Positions 62,098-64,000 of a stretch of DNA of 64,000 nucleotides are shown here, in pieces. Position 1 is the first letter of the stretch. Every line of letters begins with the position of its first letter. The DNA comes from an uncultured Gammaproteobacteria bacterium (GTDB lineage Bacteria > Patescibacteriota > Microgenomatia > UBA1406 > HO2-37-13b). Below the pieces are notes generated by a model. The model saw only the letters and a program-made list of their open reading frames with translations. It searched no databases and had not been told where the DNA came from. The stretch lies in NCBI GenBank assembly GCA_964422025.1, contig CAYQYZ010000002.1:67765-131764 (forward strand). Direction: 5' to 3'. The position numbers were made by a program, and so were the translations under genes.

Positions 62098-63369
62098 ATG
62101 AAATACTTCATTAAAACATTTGGGTGCCAGCAAAATGCCGCTGATTCAGAGCGGGTTGCTCAAGCCTGCCAGTCGCGGGGAATGAAACCGGCAGCCGATA
62201 TGGAGAGCGCTGACTATATTGTAATAAACACCTGCATGGTTCGGGAAACCGCGGAAAACAGGGTGTATGGATTGGTAAATAATTTAAAGGATCGAAAGGC
62301 CAAAAATCCTGATCTCAAAATAGTAGTAACCGGTTGTATGGTAGGGGTAGCATTTCGCGATAAAACAGGCAAATATTTACAACGCCTTAAAGAGATTATG
62401 CCCCAAGTTGATGAATTTATGCCGATTGAAGAAGTAGGGTTTGATCATCCGCCTGTGCGGACAAACGATAAAAGCGCCTGGGTGCCAATTTCTAATGGAT
62501 GCAATAATTTTTGCACTTTTTGTATTGTGCCATTTACCCGAGGAAGAGAGATCTCGCGGCCGTATGAGGCAATTATTCAAGAGTGTCAGGATTTGAGGAA
62601 TAAGGGATATGAGAATATTATGCTTTTGGGGCAAAATGTAAACTCATATGGCGCAGATTTGATTATGGGCGAAAAGGCTGTGCAGGTTATGCGCGATGTT
62701 CCGGGAAAATCATATTTTAAGAGATCTTTAAAGGATGCTCCAGATAACGCTCCAGGAGAGAGCGACTTGTACTTAGGTAAAAAACCAGTATACGTAAAAC
62801 ACTTGGGCCGCCTGCGCATCCCTACCCTCTTCCCTCACTTACTTGAGGAGGTGGCACAAATGGGATTCACTGTCGTCGACTTTATTTCCTCAAACCCATG
62901 GGACTTTTCGGATGAACTTATTGAAGTGATTGCGAAGAATAAAAATATTTCCCGAACACTCCATTTTGCCCTGCAATCAGGCGACGACGACGTTCTTCGC
63001 CGCATGAATCGCTGGTATACGGCCAAAGACTATTTGTCGCTTTTGGAACGAATCCGAGCAAAAGTCCCCGACATTCGATTTACCACCGATATTATTGTGG
63101 GGTTTTGTGGTGAAACGGATAAGGAGTTTGAAAGCACGGTCGCGCTCTGTAAGGCTGCTAATTTTGAGAAAGCGTACATTAGTATGTACTCGCAACGGGC
63201 CATGACAGCAGCTACAAAATTAATGAATGATGATGTTCCCCACCCGGTGAAAAAAGCGCGGTGGAATGTGTTGGATACGCTGATTAATCAGCCAAATGTA
63301 GGAACCGAACATTATAAAACCCGCTTCAAAACAAGCTCTGCGACTTCACGACCCAATTTTACCGCATAA
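62098..63369 (+). CDS. miaB: Radical-SAM methylthiotransferase (MiaB-like), apparently without a TRAM domain
   Basis: Start set at ATG 62098 (MKYFIKTFGCQQN). CNNFCTFCIVP radical-SAM cluster motif. The C-terminus ends in non-conserved sequence that overlaps the convergent gene. Confidence 0.8.
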   Translation: MKYFIKTFGCQQNAADSERVAQACQSRGMKPAADMESADYIVINTCMVRETAENRVYGLVNNLKDRKAKNPDLKIVVTGCMVGVAFRDKTGKYLQRLKEIMPQVDEFMPIEEVGFDHPPVRTNDKSAWVPISNGCNNFCTFCIVPFTRGREISRPYEAIIQECQDLRNKGYENIMLLGQNVNSYGADLIMGEKAVQVMRDVPGKSYFKRSLKDAPDNAPGESDLYLGKKPVYVKHLGRLRIPTLFPHLLEEVAQMGFTVVDFISSNPWDFSDELIEVIAKNKNISRTLHFALQSGDDDVLRRMNRWYTAKDYLSLLERIRAKVPDIRFTTDIIVGFCGETDKEFESTVALCKAANFEKAYISMYSQRAMTAATKLMNDDVPHPVKKARWNVLDTLINQPNVGTEHYKTRFKTSSATSRPNFTA

Positions 63370-64000
63370 TTCGTTCCCCGGTCGTTTGGATAGGTCATAT
63401 CAAGATTTGCTATGTAGAAATTCTGGACTGGAGTAATAAAATCGGGCTTATTCTTAATGAAATTCTTGTCGAAAATTGGTTGAGCGTATGGCGCCTGAAA
63501 CCGGAAGGTTTTAGCGTCTTTGAGGGTACTTTTGGAAGAAAGCGCCTCAATATAGGGTTTAAAGTGTTTAAAAAGCGCTTTATCAGTCATTTTTAACAGT
63601 GGACTTGTTTCATCAAGATAATTTCCAACATATAAAAGATGTTTGTCGCCATAGCGTTTTTTACTGACAAAGTTTGTGTGTTGAACTAATACCAAAAATG
63701 GAATTGTGGGAATACAAACATTAAGCCAGTAGGATTTTTTAAGAACGGGCTTTTCGGTTTGAATAATAAGTGTTTGTGCCCATAAATAGTTTAGCTTTGA
63801 GAATTTATTGAGATAGTTTTGTGGAAATACATTTTTTGCAATAAATCCAAGTGCGGGAGTAGGCAATGTAGAAATAACTACGTCGAAAAGTTGTCCGTTT
63901 ACCAAAAACTTCTTCCCCTTTTTTATAATTGGTCCCACTCCCTCCCCTTTTTTCACGACAACTCCTTGTTTAACAATCATTCTCTCCACATGCTCGGTAA
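63312..64000 (-). CDS. FAD-dependent amine-oxidase/PPOX-like oxidoreductase, C-terminal part (5' end outside the window)
   Basis: The frame stays open to base 64000. The track start at 63989 is a GTG. The C-terminus ..YIANLDMTYPNDRGTNYAVKLG is typical of this flavoenzyme fold. Confidence 0.55.
   Translation of the reverse strand, partial: TEHVERMIVKQGVVVKKGEGVGPIIKKGKKFLVNGQLFDVVISTLPTPALGFIAKNVFPQNYLNKFSKLNYLWAQTLIIQTEKPVLKKSYWLNVCIPTIPFLVLVQHTNFVSKKRYGDKHLLYVGNYLDETSPLLKMTDKALFKHFKPYIEALSSKSTLKDAKTFRFQAPYAQPIFDKNFIKNKPDFITPVQNFYIANLDMTYPNDRGTNYAVKLGREVAELVLKRVL

Overview
The window is gene-dense and low in GC (about 24/60 in a hand-counted ordinary line). Its content suggests a Candidate Phyla Radiation / Patescibacteria-like bacterium; this is an inference from an archaeal-type TyrRS, a protein-only RNase P-like PIN protein, T4SS-pilin-like paralogs, many Pro/Thr-linker surface proteins and sparse metabolism.

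Housekeeping genes: tyrS, fmt, rpiB, tatD, rpe, PBP2, metG, dprA, tmk, argS, rnhA, a Xer-type recombinase, trxA, nrdR-nrdJ-pduO, a UbiA prenyltransferase, an IMPDH-family gene and miaB.

Envelope and accessory genes:
- Several GT2/GT4/GT-C glycosyltransferases.
- Secreted hydrolases: clan-A GH, GH18-like, M28 and an S8 subtilase.
- A surface-protein region at 14.9-28.7 kb. It holds a duplicated two-gene Cys-rich cassette, a PilX-like minor pilin and giant secreted proteins.
- A TraD/VirD4-like ATPase.
- Three tandem VirB2/T4SS-pilin-like genes.

RNA and regulatory elements read directly from the sequence:
1. A compact cobalamin riboswitch (53620-53707, minus strand). It lies between pduO and an uncharacterised 426-aa zinc-ribbon protein.
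2. A tRNA(CAU) gene split by a ~185-nt group I intron (45322-45576, minus strand), with a free-standing HTH/LAGLIDADG-like ORF next to it.
3. Consensus TTGACA-17-TAnnnT promoters placed 6-10 nt before ATGs, implying leaderless mRNAs.
4. An NrdR-box-like operator at the nrdR promoter.

Three families of short palindromic repeats are scattered through intergenic DNA. Several copies are also inserted in frame inside fmt, argS and glycosyltransferase genes.

A ~0.9 kb GC-rich island (6.64-7.56 kb) carries Shine-Dalgarno-led mini-ORFs unlike the host genes.

Best leads: the B12-riboswitch-controlled unknown two-gene module, the very small tRNA group I intron, the in-frame palindromic repeats and the GC-rich island.
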